A stretch of 32,000 nt of DNA, taken from contig NC_004460.2 in NCBI RefSeq assembly GCF_000039765.1, positions 90,001 through 122,000 of the forward strand, written 5' to 3'. Of the stretch, positions 17,527-25,891 are shown piece after piece; the first letter of the stretch is position 1, and every line of letters begins with the position of its first letter. Source of the DNA: Vibrio vulnificus CMCP6 (GTDB taxonomy: Bacteria > Pseudomonadota > Gammaproteobacteria > Enterobacterales > Vibrionaceae). Position numbers and translations under genes: made by a program. The notes beneath the pieces were generated by a model, which saw only the letters and a list, made by a program, of their open reading frames with translations, did not search any database and was not told the origin of the DNA.

Positions 17527-19086
17527 ATGACATTATCCTTTACAAGGCAGCTGGCCTTTATCCTGAGTTGTACCGTCCTGATTGGCATTGCTGCTTGGTG
17601 GAGTTACAGTGCGTATCAATTAGAAAATGTTCTGAATAACCAAATTGCCTTGCGTGCGCAGGTGCAATCACAGCAGTTAGCAAAATTGCCCAGTCTCATT
17701 GATGCTGTTGAGCGTGAAAATGCACAGCTGGTGTCGGAGATCATTTCTGTCGTGCAATTGGTGAGTGATGCTGATTTTATTACTGTCAGTGATGAAGAGG
17801 GCATCCGGTTGGCACATCCGGTGAGTGAGCGTGTCGGTTTGCCCGTGGTTGGGGGAGACATTCAAAGAGCACTCAATTTGGGTGAGGCATATCTCTCGCA
17901 AAGCGTTGGTTCTTTAGGTCCTTCAGTACGTTATATTTCACCGATTTTTTCCCCTGAAGGGGAAGTGGTTGGCATGGTTAAAGTGGGGTATCTTGTCGAA
18001 ACGCTCAACCTTTGGAGTCGGGAAAAACTGTTACCGCTGCTTTTGTTTGCTGTTTCTGCTCTATCGCTGTTTTTGCTCTTGTCGTGGCGATTTTCGTCTT
18101 ATGTAAAAAAACAAATGCAAGATCTGGAGCCTTGGCAATTAAAGCAAGCGTTGAAAACCCATCAAGGCGTATTGGATGCGACTCATGAAGCGGTTGTTGC
18201 AGTGAACCAACAGGGAAATATTTATTTGGCGAACGACGCTGCGAGAGCCATTCTTCGTCAAAGCGAGCTGGTGGGTAAGGAGACCAAGCAGTTGGATGAC
18301 GCCAGTCACCTGTTTCATTTAGATGGAGACGATTTCTTAGATAAAGTCGCGCAGCTTGGCTCAGATGGCGTGATCATCAATCGTGTCACCATGCGTACAT
18401 CGAATGGGGAAGCAGCTGGTGCGGTATTTACTCTGCGACAGCGTTCGGAGTTGCAAGCCCTTTCGGATCGCATCAGTCAGGTCGACAAGTATCTTGAAAG
18501 CATGCGAGTGACACATCACGAGCATCAAAACAAGCTGTCGGTCATTTCTGGCCTGCTGCAAATGGGAGCCTTTGATAAGGCGCTCTCTGTCTGTTTAGCG
18601 CAAGCGGCACAAAATCAAACACGGATAGACTCGCTACAAGGTGTGAAAAGCATGCCTCAGCTAACGGCGTTGCTGTTGGCCAAACTGAGCAAAGCGAGAG
18701 AATCGAACCAGTCATTGAACATTGCGTGTTATGGGGATCTTTCTGGACTGACGCAAAGAGTGAGTGAGGAACAAGTGTGCTCACTAGTGGGGAACTTGAT
18801 CGACAATGGTTTAGAAGCGTGCCAAGGGCAAAACGATGCCACAATGGTGGTGAAACTACGTGAAACCGAAGAAGAGTTCATTCTTACTTTTTCTAATAAT
18901 GGCCCTAGTCTTGATGAGGATCTGGAAAGCTTATGCCGCTGGGGTTACTCGACCAAGAGTGCTACAGGGGAGCATGGCATTGGCCTTCACTTAGTGAAAT
19001 CCATTCTGTCCGAGGCTCATGGTCATGTAGAGCTCGACAGTGACGAACAAGAAACACTATTTACCGTTTATCTTCCGAAGGAGTGA
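17527..19086 (+). CDS. Sensor histidine kinase of the CitA/DcuS (DpiB) family
   Basis: Periplasmic sensor domain flanked by TMs, PAS region, HEHQNKLSVISGLLQMG phospho-acceptor H-box, GNLIDNGLEA N-box and GEHGIGLHLVKS G-box. Confidence 0.9.
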   Translation: MTLSFTRQLAFILSCTVLIGIAAWWSYSAYQLENVLNNQIALRAQVQSQQLAKLPSLIDAVERENAQLVSEIISVVQLVSDADFITVSDEEGIRLAHPVSERVGLPVVGGDIQRALNLGEAYLSQSVGSLGPSVRYISPIFSPEGEVVGMVKVGYLVETLNLWSREKLLPLLLFAVSALSLFLLLSWRFSSYVKKQMQDLEPWQLKQALKTHQGVLDATHEAVVAVNQQGNIYLANDAARAILRQSELVGKETKQLDDASHLFHLDGDDFLDKVAQLGSDGVIINRVTMRTSNGEAAGAVFTLRQRSELQALSDRISQVDKYLESMRVTHHEHQNKLSVISGLLQMGAFDKALSVCLAQAAQNQTRIDSLQGVKSMPQLTALLLAKLSKARESNQSLNIACYGDLSGLTQRVSEEQVCSLVGNLIDNGLEACQGQNDATMVVKLRETEEEFILTFSNNGPSLDEDLESLCRWGYSTKSATGEHGIGLHLVKSILSEAHGHVELDSDEQETLFTVYLPKE

Positions 19087-19088
19087 GC

Positions 19089-19763
19089 ATGATAAAAGTC
19101 GTGATTGTAGAAGATGATGAGAGAATCGCCGAGCTTCATCAGTTCTTTATTGCTCAACTGGATAATTTTGAAGTGATAGGAATAGCGGCTAACCTGACGA
19201 CCGCCGAGCAATTGATCATTGCCGCGAAACCCGATCTGGTGATCATTGATAACTACTTGCCTGATGGATTGGGTGTTGAGTTAGTTCAACGCTGTTTGGT
19301 GTTACAACCAAAACCAGAGTGCATTGTGATCACGGCTGCCAACGACGCCAATACAGTGCATCTCGCTCATCGTTACGGCGCGTTCGACTATCTGGTGAAA
19401 CCCGTTAACTACACGCGTTTACAAGCCAGTTTGCTTCGCTTGATGAAAATGAAACAGTTGGTGGATAGCCAGAAAATGGTCAAGCAAAGTGAATTGGATG
19501 GCATTTTTCACGCCACTGAACTGGTGGTGGATGAGGCCAGTGGCGTGGATGAGTTTACTTTGCAGCAGGTGGTTTCACTCTTTCCCCACGGCCACAGTGA
19601 GCACACCGCTGCGAGTGTGGCCGCGTTACTTGGCGTGAGTAAAAGCACGGCGAGGCGATATCTCGACAAGGCGGTTGAAAGGGGAGATCTTTATGCGTTT
19701 TTAGCGCATGGCAAAGTAGGCCGTCCAACGCGTTGCTACCGAAATAAACCGTTCGCCGTGTGA
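19089..19763 (+). CDS. CitB/DcuR-type response regulator
   Basis: VVIVEDDERIAEL receiver, IIDNYLPDGLGVEL phospho-acceptor region, C-terminal HTH (TAASVAALLGVSKSTARRYLDKAV). ATG at 19089 is preceded by AAGGAG and overlaps the kinase operon end. Confidence 0.9.
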   Translation: MIKVVIVEDDERIAELHQFFIAQLDNFEVIGIAANLTTAEQLIIAAKPDLVIIDNYLPDGLGVELVQRCLVLQPKPECIVITAANDANTVHLAHRYGAFDYLVKPVNYTRLQASLLRLMKMKQLVDSQKMVKQSELDGIFHATELVVDEASGVDEFTLQQVVSLFPHGHSEHTAASVAALLGVSKSTARRYLDKAVERGDLYAFLAHGKVGRPTRCYRNKPFAV

Positions 19764-19905
19764 TGGTGTCTGCGCAATGAAAATCTGTTATCCCGCTCTC
19801 CATTTCAATGAACAGAACTGAAGGAAATCAATTGGTTTTGCTACATTAACGTTTTCCCTTGTGGCGGTGTGGTCATCAAGGCAAAACGGTTATGTGGAGA
19901 GAAAA

Positions 19906-20517
19906 ATGAGTGTGAGAGAGCGAATGCATCAACAAAAGATTTACTTTTGTGATGATGAGAGTGTGGCGTTAGAGCAGCAAGCTTGCCTGGAAATTCTCTA
20001 TGATTTTAACCAAACCAGACCCTCAGAAATGGAAAAACGCACAGCGATTTTGCGTGATCTCTTGGCTGAAGTCGGTGAGAACTGCTACATCGAGCCACCA
20101 TTAAGAGCCAATTGGGGTAAGCACACACACTTAGGTAATAATGTTTATGCCAATTTCAATTTAACCTTGGTGGATGATACACACATCTACATTGGTAACT
20201 CGGTGATGATTGCACCCAATGTCACCATCGCCACGGCGGGACATCCGATTGATCCTGAACTGCGACGTAAAGTGGCGCAATTCAACATTCCTGTGCACAT
20301 TAAAGATAACGTTTGGATTGGGGCGAACAGTGTTGTGTTACCAGGCGTAACGATTGGCGAAAACAGCGTGATTGGTGCCGGCAGTGTGGTGACGAAAGAC
20401 ATCCCCGCCAATGTCGTGGCCGTTGGTAATCCTTGCCGAGTGTTGCGGCCGATTGGAGAGCATGACAAACGTTACTTCTATCGCGATAACGTTATTGACG
20501 ATTTACCACAAGCCTAA
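19906..20517 (+). CDS. maa: Maltose/sugar O-acetyltransferase (left-handed beta-helix hexapeptide repeat)
   Basis: QKIYFCDDESVALEQQACLEILYDFNQTRPSE N-terminus, NVTIATAGHPIDP...NVWIGANSVVLPGVTIGENSVIGAGSVVTKDIPANVVAVGNPCRVLR. Confidence 0.88.
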   Translation: MSVRERMHQQKIYFCDDESVALEQQACLEILYDFNQTRPSEMEKRTAILRDLLAEVGENCYIEPPLRANWGKHTHLGNNVYANFNLTLVDDTHIYIGNSVMIAPNVTIATAGHPIDPELRRKVAQFNIPVHIKDNVWIGANSVVLPGVTIGENSVIGAGSVVTKDIPANVVAVGNPCRVLRPIGEHDKRYFYRDNVIDDLPQA

Positions 20518-20577
20518 AACCCGTTAGTGAGATAGCGCATCCACTCAGTTCACTCTTTGATGGATGCGTTTAACCCA

Positions 20578-21033
20578 CTATTTGGCAAGTGGAATGCGTG
20601 AGAGTGGTGAAGGGCTGCGTAAGACAAAGTGTTGCCAAACATGATCATACAGCGCTTCTTGACCCGGAAATTCGGCCAAAGATTTGGCTTGCTCTAAATC
20701 GCACCAACGATATTCAGTGTGTTCATCATTGAGTGTAACGACTTGATTATCTTCACAATAGACAACAAAAACAGGGATGTTGACGATAGAGTCACTTTTG
20801 ACTTGATAAAACTGTTCCAGATATTGGCCGTTGTAGAGTGTTTCTACGTTTATTTGGGTCTCTTCGGCAAATTCGCGAACGATGGTTTGCCAACCCGCTT
20901 CGCCTGCTTCGATTCCGCCTGCGACATGGCACCAATAGTTTCCTTTAGTGCGCTTCATCATCAAGATTTTATATTGGCCATCAAAACGTGACAGCGCCAC
21001 ACCCGATACCGCGTGAGATTGAAATGGGATCAT
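20578..21033 (-). CDS. NUDIX hydrolase
   Basis: GGIEAGEAGWQTIVREFAEETQI Nudix box. Confidence 0.88.
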   Translation of the reverse strand: MIPFQSHAVSGVALSRFDGQYKILMMKRTKGNYWCHVAGGIEAGEAGWQTIVREFAEETQINVETLYNGQYLEQFYQVKSDSIVNIPVFVVYCEDNQVVTLNDEHTEYRWCDLEQAKSLAEFPGQEALYDHVWQHFVLRSPSPLSRIPLAK

Positions 21034-21048
21034 ATTTGTTCCTAGACG

Positions 21049-21420
21049 TTAACGAGAAGATTGAGAATATTCTTGTTCAAGAGCTTGTTTTTGCGCCTCT
21101 TTAATATCCGCCCAGTCAGTGCCGGATTCAATCGCCGCTACGCGTTGGCTATATTTGACATAGGCTCGGCGCAATATTGAATCTAAGCGGATCTCCGATT
21201 CTTTTTCGAGCGCTACGATGGCATTCAGGTAATCCCAGAGTACATCCGCCAATTCATCTTCTAAGTAACACGTACGCTCTCGCGGGATCTCATCGAACAC
21301 GTCGTCGACTTCCTTTTTCAGTTCGTTGAGATAGGTATGTGGCCCCAAATATCAAGAGTTACTTTGATCGTACTTCGCCTTACGTCGGACCACTTCGAGT
21401 AATTGTTCGAAATCTTTCAT
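21049..21420 (-). pseudogene. MazG-like nucleotide pyrophosphohydrolase family gene interrupted by an in-frame TGA at 21352-21354
   Basis: Minus-strand ATG at 21420 with an AAAGGAG-type RBS encodes MKDFEQLLEVVRRKAKYDQSNS*YLGPHTYLNELKKEVDDVFDEIPRERTCYLEDELADVLWDYLNAIV... Both sides of the stop are in the same frame and fit one protein. The track lists only the part after the TGA (21049-21348, starting at a TTG). Confidence 0.75.
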
Positions 21421-21602
21421 CGTCTTAGCTCCTTTCGCGATGAGGAGGGAGTGTAGCCTGCGAGGTCGCAGGTTTGTAGCGATCTATGTTGCAATTTGTT
21501 GAATCAATTGATGAAAAACATAGTTGAAGTGGAGTTGGCCTAAGTCAAAGAAGCGAAATGGCGATAGGCCTACACTGCGCAAAAATAACAAGCATACTTC
21601 CT

Positions 21603-21878
21603 ATGAGCAAACCATCGATTCAGGACGTCATCGCCAGTTTCACTTGTATTGAGCAAGCACTAGACTACTTTGACATCGGCTATGACAGCCGTTTTATTGA
21701 CGAGTATCGCAGTGAACTGGTTAAACGCTTTAATGGATACTTAATTCTTACTAAACCGGACGATTGGTTCTCGGCAAGAAGAGCACTCAAAAACGCCTAT
21801 TGCAAAGTACAACGGGGTCGCTTGAACCCACATACACGTCAAGCATGCCGCGGATGTACCTCGTGTCAGCGAAGGTAG
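21603..21878 (+). CDS. NifW-like (nitrogenase-stabilizing/protective protein family) orphan protein
   Basis: SFTCIEQALDYFDIGYDSRFIDEYRSELVKRFNGYL...WFSARRALKNAYCKVQ matches the remembered NifW pattern (EDFFxFFxVxYDxxVVxxxRLHILKRFxxYL...AY). ATG at 21603 is preferred. Confidence 0.65.
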   Translation: MSKPSIQDVIASFTCIEQALDYFDIGYDSRFIDEYRSELVKRFNGYLILTKPDDWFSARRALKNAYCKVQRGRLNPHTRQACRGCTSCQRR

Positions 21879-21913
21879 ATCTCAAGGACTCAATATCGTT
21901 ACAAGGAGCAGGA

Positions 21914-22087
21914 ATGGAGACTTGCGGTAAATGCCGGCACTTTTGTCGTGCTAAAGAAAACGTCAAAGATTTATGTGGGGCATGGGAGCAGCCCACTTTC
22001 GCCAAAAGAGCTGCGTGCGGTTTTTATATGCCTAAAGCGCGTTCCCACACGCAAACTCACGCATTGGCAGATAACAAAAAGGCCTAA
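21914..22087 (+). CDS. Small Cys-rich protein (57 aa)
   Basis: ACAAGGAGCAGGA RBS before ATG at 21914; METCGKCRHFCRAKENVKDLCGAWEQPTFAKRAACGFYMP with five clustered Cys. The track start at 21764 overlaps the NifW-like gene. Confidence 0.55.
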   Translation: METCGKCRHFCRAKENVKDLCGAWEQPTFAKRAACGFYMPKARSHTQTHALADNKKA

Positions 22088-22174
22088 TATGTCGCTTTAA
22101 ACTCAAATGCGACGGCCCCATCTTGTTTAACCAGTTGAATACTAATGAGTGAATCTGTATATTGCGAATGCGCA

Positions 22175-22189
22175 TGATAACACTTCTCA
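22175..22189 (+). promoter_or_regulatory. Putative Fur box upstream of the siderophore transporter genes
   Basis: TGATAAC-A-CTTCTCA, 11 of 14 matches to the 7-1-7 pattern TGATAAT-N-ATTATCA. Located about 200 bp upstream of the permease start. Confidence 0.45.
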
Positions 22190-22204
22190 ATTGGTATTAA
22201 GTAC

Positions 22205-22381
22205 ATGGATAGAGACCCTCATCGCCAAATGATGCCCGCTTCTCACCGTGAGTTCGGGGTAGAGGCAACTGAAACAGCAATCTTTGGTATCTCCTTCGCC
22301 GCTTTTGGGCCTGATAATCAATCGTCAAGTCGAAGCAAACAAGCATTGGCCTTTTGCTCTTCTTTCGTGGGGGCAGAGTGA
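22205..22381 (+). CDS. Possible 58-aa small ORF coupled to the downstream permease
   Basis: ATG at 22205 to TGA at 22379-22381 (MDRDPHRQMMPASHREFGVEATETAIFGISFAAFGPDNQSSSRSKQALAFCSSFVGAE). Stop overlaps the likely GTG start of the permease (GTGA). Weak RBS; no family recognised; just below the track length cutoff. Confidence 0.25.
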   Translation: MDRDPHRQMMPASHREFGVEATETAIFGISFAAFGPDNQSSSRSKQALAFCSSFVGAE

Positions 22382-23314
22382 AAAAGTTATTGCTGGCTCT
22401 TGTTTTTGCTGTCCTTTGCGTCGGTGTTTGTCGGAGTAGGGGATCTCACACCAGCGATGTTGTTGTCTGGGGACACGCAGGCGCTTCATTTGCTCGTGAC
22501 GAGCCGTTTACCTCGCCTGCTGGCGATATTGCTTTCTGGTGCGGGTTTGAGTATCGCGGGCTTGATTATGCAGCAAATCAGCCAAAACCGATTTGCTGCG
22601 CCATCTACGTCCGGCACGATTGAATGTGCCATGTTGGGCTACATCGTCAGCTTAGTGTTTTTTGGCAAAGGGGACAGTTGGTTACTGATCTTCAGCTTTG
22701 CGATGGGTGGAACATGGTTGTTTGTCACGTTTGTTCAACGTATACAGTTCAAAAATGCCGTGTTTATTCCCCTTATCGGCATCATTTTTGGCAACATCAT
22801 TGATTCTCTGGCGACGTTTATTGCTTATCGGTATGACTTGCTGCAAAACCTTTCTGCTTGGTCGGTCGCCAATTTTGCCAACCTTTTGCAAGGTGATTAC
22901 GAACTGCTCTACATTGCGCTTCCGGTGGGAATATTCAGCTATCTCTATGCAACAAGAATTTCCGCTGCAGGCTTAGGTAAGGACTTCGCTCTCAACCTTG
23001 GTTTGAACTATCAGCAGGTGGTGGTGATTGGTGTCCTATTAGTCTCGGTACTTTCCGCCAGTGTCGTCATGATTGTTGGCCAATTGCCTTTCTTGGGGCT
23101 GATTGTGCCAAATCTGGTGAGCTATTTTTATGGTGATAATTTACGCCGCAATATTCCCCTGACAGCTCTATATGGCGGCTTGCTGGTGCTTGGTTGTGAC
23201 TTGCTTGGCCGCTTGATTATTTTCCCTTATGAAGTGCCCATTTCCATGGTGATCGCCATTTTGGGTGGCGCTGTGTTTATCTATCTGATCTTGAGAGGGA
23301 AGCAACGTGTCTGA
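22378..23314 (+). pseudogene. vctD: Iron-siderophore ABC transporter permease (VctD/FatD-like) with an apparent +1 frameshift in its N-terminal region
   Basis: Body of the protein (SVFVGVGDLTPAMLLSGDTQALHLLVTSRLPRLLAILLSGAGLSIAGLIMQQI...) is intact in the 22400 frame. The natural GTG start with GGGGGCAGA upstream lies at 22378 in another frame (VKKLLLALV). Could still be functional from the TTG at 22400 or be a sequence error. Confidence 0.7.
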
Positions 23315-24257
23315 TCGTGGCAAAATGTGGCTGCTGCTGGCGATAAGTCTAGTGATGGTGACTCTGTTTTTGGGCAAAGGACTTACACTGGACAATTATC
23401 AATACTTTCTCTCTCGCCGTATCCCCAAAGTGTTGGCGATGGTACTAGCGGGTGTTGCGATTTCTCAAGCATCGCTTCTTTTTCAGACCGTGACGCACAA
23501 TCGCATACTGACACCGGGAATATTGGGATTTGATTCTCTCTATTTATTGGTGCAAGTCATCATTGTGGTGGTCTTCGGCGGTTTGAGCCAGTATGTACTT
23601 AACGCCTACTTGAATTTTTCGCTCTCCGTCGTGGCCATGGTTTTGTTCTCTATGGCATTGTTCGGCTTTTATTTTCGAGGAAAAGAGAAAAATCTGATTA
23701 CTTTGTTGTTGGTGGGTTTAATTGTTGGCCAGCTCTTCTATAACGTTGCCTCTTTCTTTGTTTTGATCATGGATCCTAATGATTACGCGACGGTTCAAGC
23801 CAGTATGTTTGCGAGCTTCAACAATATTGATACCCAATTGGTTTACTTTACGGCACCCATTCTGTTGATTGCATCGCTGCTCATGTATCGCATGCACGCC
23901 GTCATGGACGTGTTTTGGTTAGATAAAGATAACGCCACCAGTTTGGGGGTGAATGTTCGTCAAGTAACCAAGCAGGTGCTGATGTTGAGCGCGGTTTTAA
24001 TTGCCGTCGCCACTGCGCTAATCGGGCCAATCTTGTTCTTTGGTTTACTCGTGACTAACTTGGCTAGGGAGATGTTTCACACCTATCGTCATGCCCAGTT
24101 ATTACCCGGCTGCGCCATTTTGGGTGTCACACTGTTGCTAGCCGGCCAATGGCTGGTGGAAAACGTCTTAACATTTCAAACAACGCTCAGCGTAATCATC
24201 AACTTTGTGGGTGGCATCTATTTCATGTCGATGTTGCTGCGAAATCGTATTGTGTAG
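23307..24257 (+). CDS. vctG: Iron-siderophore ABC transporter permease (VctG/FatC-like)
   Basis: FecCD-type permease: SRRIPKVLAMVLAGVAISQASLLFQTVTHNRILTPGILGFDSLY; overlaps the preceding gene by 8 bp. Confidence 0.85.
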   Translation: MSDRGKMWLLLAISLVMVTLFLGKGLTLDNYQYFLSRRIPKVLAMVLAGVAISQASLLFQTVTHNRILTPGILGFDSLYLLVQVIIVVVFGGLSQYVLNAYLNFSLSVVAMVLFSMALFGFYFRGKEKNLITLLLVGLIVGQLFYNVASFFVLIMDPNDYATVQASMFASFNNIDTQLVYFTAPILLIASLLMYRMHAVMDVFWLDKDNATSLGVNVRQVTKQVLMLSAVLIAVATALIGPILFFGLLVTNLAREMFHTYRHAQLLPGCAILGVTLLLAGQWLVENVLTFQTTLSVIINFVGGIYFMSMLLRNRIV

Positions 24258-24264
24258 GTAGGCT

Positions 24265-25020
24265 ATGATTGTTCTAGATAAACTCACTAAACATTTTGGC
24301 AAGTGTGCTGTTGTGTCATCGGCTAGTGGCCAATTTGAAAAAGGAAACGTCACCTCCATTATTGGGCCGAATGGGGCTGGTAAAAGTACACTGCTGTCGA
24401 TGGCGTCGCGTTTGCTTGATCGTGATGGCGGGGCGGTGTTGATCGAAGGGAAAGAGATTCAAACGTGGGATAACAAAGTCCTTGCTAAGAAGTTGGCTGT
24501 TTTACGCCAAGCAAACAGCATCACGATGCGATTTACTATTCGCGAAATGGTGGCCTTTGGCCGTTTTCCTCATTCTGGTGGTCGATTGACGGCGCAAGAT
24601 CATCAACAGATCGACCGCGCGATTCAGTATCTTGATCTCAGTGATATCCAAGATAAATATCTCGATGAACTCAGTGGTGGGCAGCGGCAGCTCGCTTTTA
24701 TCGCCATGGTGATTGCCCAAGATACCGATTATGTTTTCCTTGATGAACCACTGAACAATCTGGATATCCGCCATTCAAAGCAGATCATGCAGACGATTTG
24801 CCGATTGGCCAAAGAGATGAACAAGGCAGTGGTGGTGGTAATCCACGACATTAACTTTGCGGCGTGTTATTCCGACCAGATTATTGCTTTGAAAAAAGGT
24901 CAAATTGTCGCCAGTGGTAGTGTTGAAGAGGTGATTGAAGAAGCGGTGCTTGAGAAGATCTACGAAACGCCGTTTAGTGTCATTGAGCGCGACGGTAAAC
25001 GTATGTGTACCTACTTTTAA
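24265..25020 (+). CDS. vctC: Iron-siderophore ABC transporter ATP-binding protein (VctC-like)
   Basis: IGPNGAGKSTLLSMASRL Walker A, LSGGQRQLAFIAMVIAQ signature, DYVFLDEPLNNLDI Walker B, HDINFAACYSDQIIALKKGQIVASG. Confidence 0.93.
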   Translation: MIVLDKLTKHFGKCAVVSSASGQFEKGNVTSIIGPNGAGKSTLLSMASRLLDRDGGAVLIEGKEIQTWDNKVLAKKLAVLRQANSITMRFTIREMVAFGRFPHSGGRLTAQDHQQIDRAIQYLDLSDIQDKYLDELSGGQRQLAFIAMVIAQDTDYVFLDEPLNNLDIRHSKQIMQTICRLAKEMNKAVVVVIHDINFAACYSDQIIALKKGQIVASGSVEEVIEEAVLEKIYETPFSVIERDGKRMCTYF

Positions 25021-25070
25021 ACTAGTGAGTAAGTCGCCTCCCAGATGAGGAGGCGATGGTAAAAACCTTG

Positions 25071-25457
25071 CTATTTGGTGAGCTCTTCGATTATCGGGCA
25101 ATGACTGTCTGAATTACCAGGGCAGGAAGAAACCCAACCTTCCAACTGCTTTTTTATCTCGTGCAAATGCGCCAACTTCTGTTCAATTTCAGCCAGTTTT
25201 TCTTTGGTCTTTTCTTTGACTTCGCTGCTTTTACGGTTAGGGTTTTGTGCCAGTTGAACAAATTCTTTGCACTCTTGAAGAGAGAACCCGGCATTTTTAG
25301 CGCGTGATACCAGATTGAGTTCGACGATGTGTTTTTGTCCATATTCACGATAGCCAGCGTCACTGCGTAGCGGTGGTGAAATAATGCCTTTTTCTTCGTA
25401 CATGCGAATGGATTTGCTTGATAATCCGGTTAATTTTGCAATAGCACCTATGTTCAT
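25071..25457 (-). CDS. cueR: MerR-family transcriptional regulator, CueR-like
   Basis: MNIGAIAKLTGLSSKSIRMYEEKGIISPPLRSDAGYREYG HTH and C-terminal CPGNSDSHCPIIEEL metal-binding loop like CueR. Confidence 0.87.
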   Translation of the reverse strand: MNIGAIAKLTGLSSKSIRMYEEKGIISPPLRSDAGYREYGQKHIVELNLVSRAKNAGFSLQECKEFVQLAQNPNRKSSEVKEKTKEKLAEIEQKLAHLHEIKKQLEGWVSSCPGNSDSHCPIIEELTK

Positions 25458-25598
25458 CGTATTGTCTCATTTCGCGGTTTTAGTTGATTGTACTCCTCGT
25501 GACGGGTTTAGCAATGGTATGTGGGGCAACGCCAAAATGACGTTTGAAGGCACTGGTAACCTAGGTAAGTCTTTTTGAAAACGAATCCGACCAACAAA

Positions 25599-25619
25599 AA
25601 AAGCCCCTTAGGGGCTTTT
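25599..25619 (-). terminator. Rho-independent terminator (T-tract on both strands; best placed for the minus-strand YgjV-like gene)
   Basis: AAGCCCC-TTA-GGGGCTT stem flanked by A7 and T4 tracts, just downstream of the stop at 25643 on the minus strand. Confidence 0.8.
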
Positions 25620-25642
25620 AAGCAATTCGTTACTCTATAAAA

Positions 25643-25891
25643 TTACGCTTTTTCAGGCGTTAGAGTTTTTTTTTCCTGCTGCATTTTGGCTAGGAAGTAG
25701 ACGTTGACACACGCAATAAAGCCATTAGTCACAACCACTGGCCATGCGTCAATCATCAGACCGTATGCAGTGAATAGTGCACAACCGATGAAGTTTAAAA
25801 CGCGCAGACGAACGATGTCCTTCATCGTTAGTGAGATTGCAACCATGATTGACGCTGCGTAGCCTAGGATTTCAACCATATTCATTTCCAT
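25643..25891 (-). CDS. Small three-TM YgjV/SemiSWEET-like membrane protein
   Basis: MVEILGYAASIMVAISLTMKDIVRLRVLNFIGCALFTAYGLMIDAWPVVVTNGFIACVNVYFL resembles a single YgjV/SemiSWEET repeat. Confidence 0.65.
   Translation of the reverse strand: MEMNMVEILGYAASIMVAISLTMKDIVRLRVLNFIGCALFTAYGLMIDAWPVVVTNGFIACVNVYFLAKMQQEKKTLTPEKA

Noticed and set aside
21352-21354. TGA in the MazG-like gene considered as a selenocysteine codon
   Set aside because: No Cys is expected at this site in the family as I recall it, no convincing bacterial SECIS hairpin was apparent immediately downstream, and a Trp codon mutation is simpler. Not excluded without homologue alignment.
22354-22623. 89-aa plus-strand ORF overlapping the siderophore permease
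   Set aside because: Only its first residues from the GTG (VKKLLLALV) are meaningful; the rest is an out-of-frame reading of the permease caused by the probable T-run frameshift.
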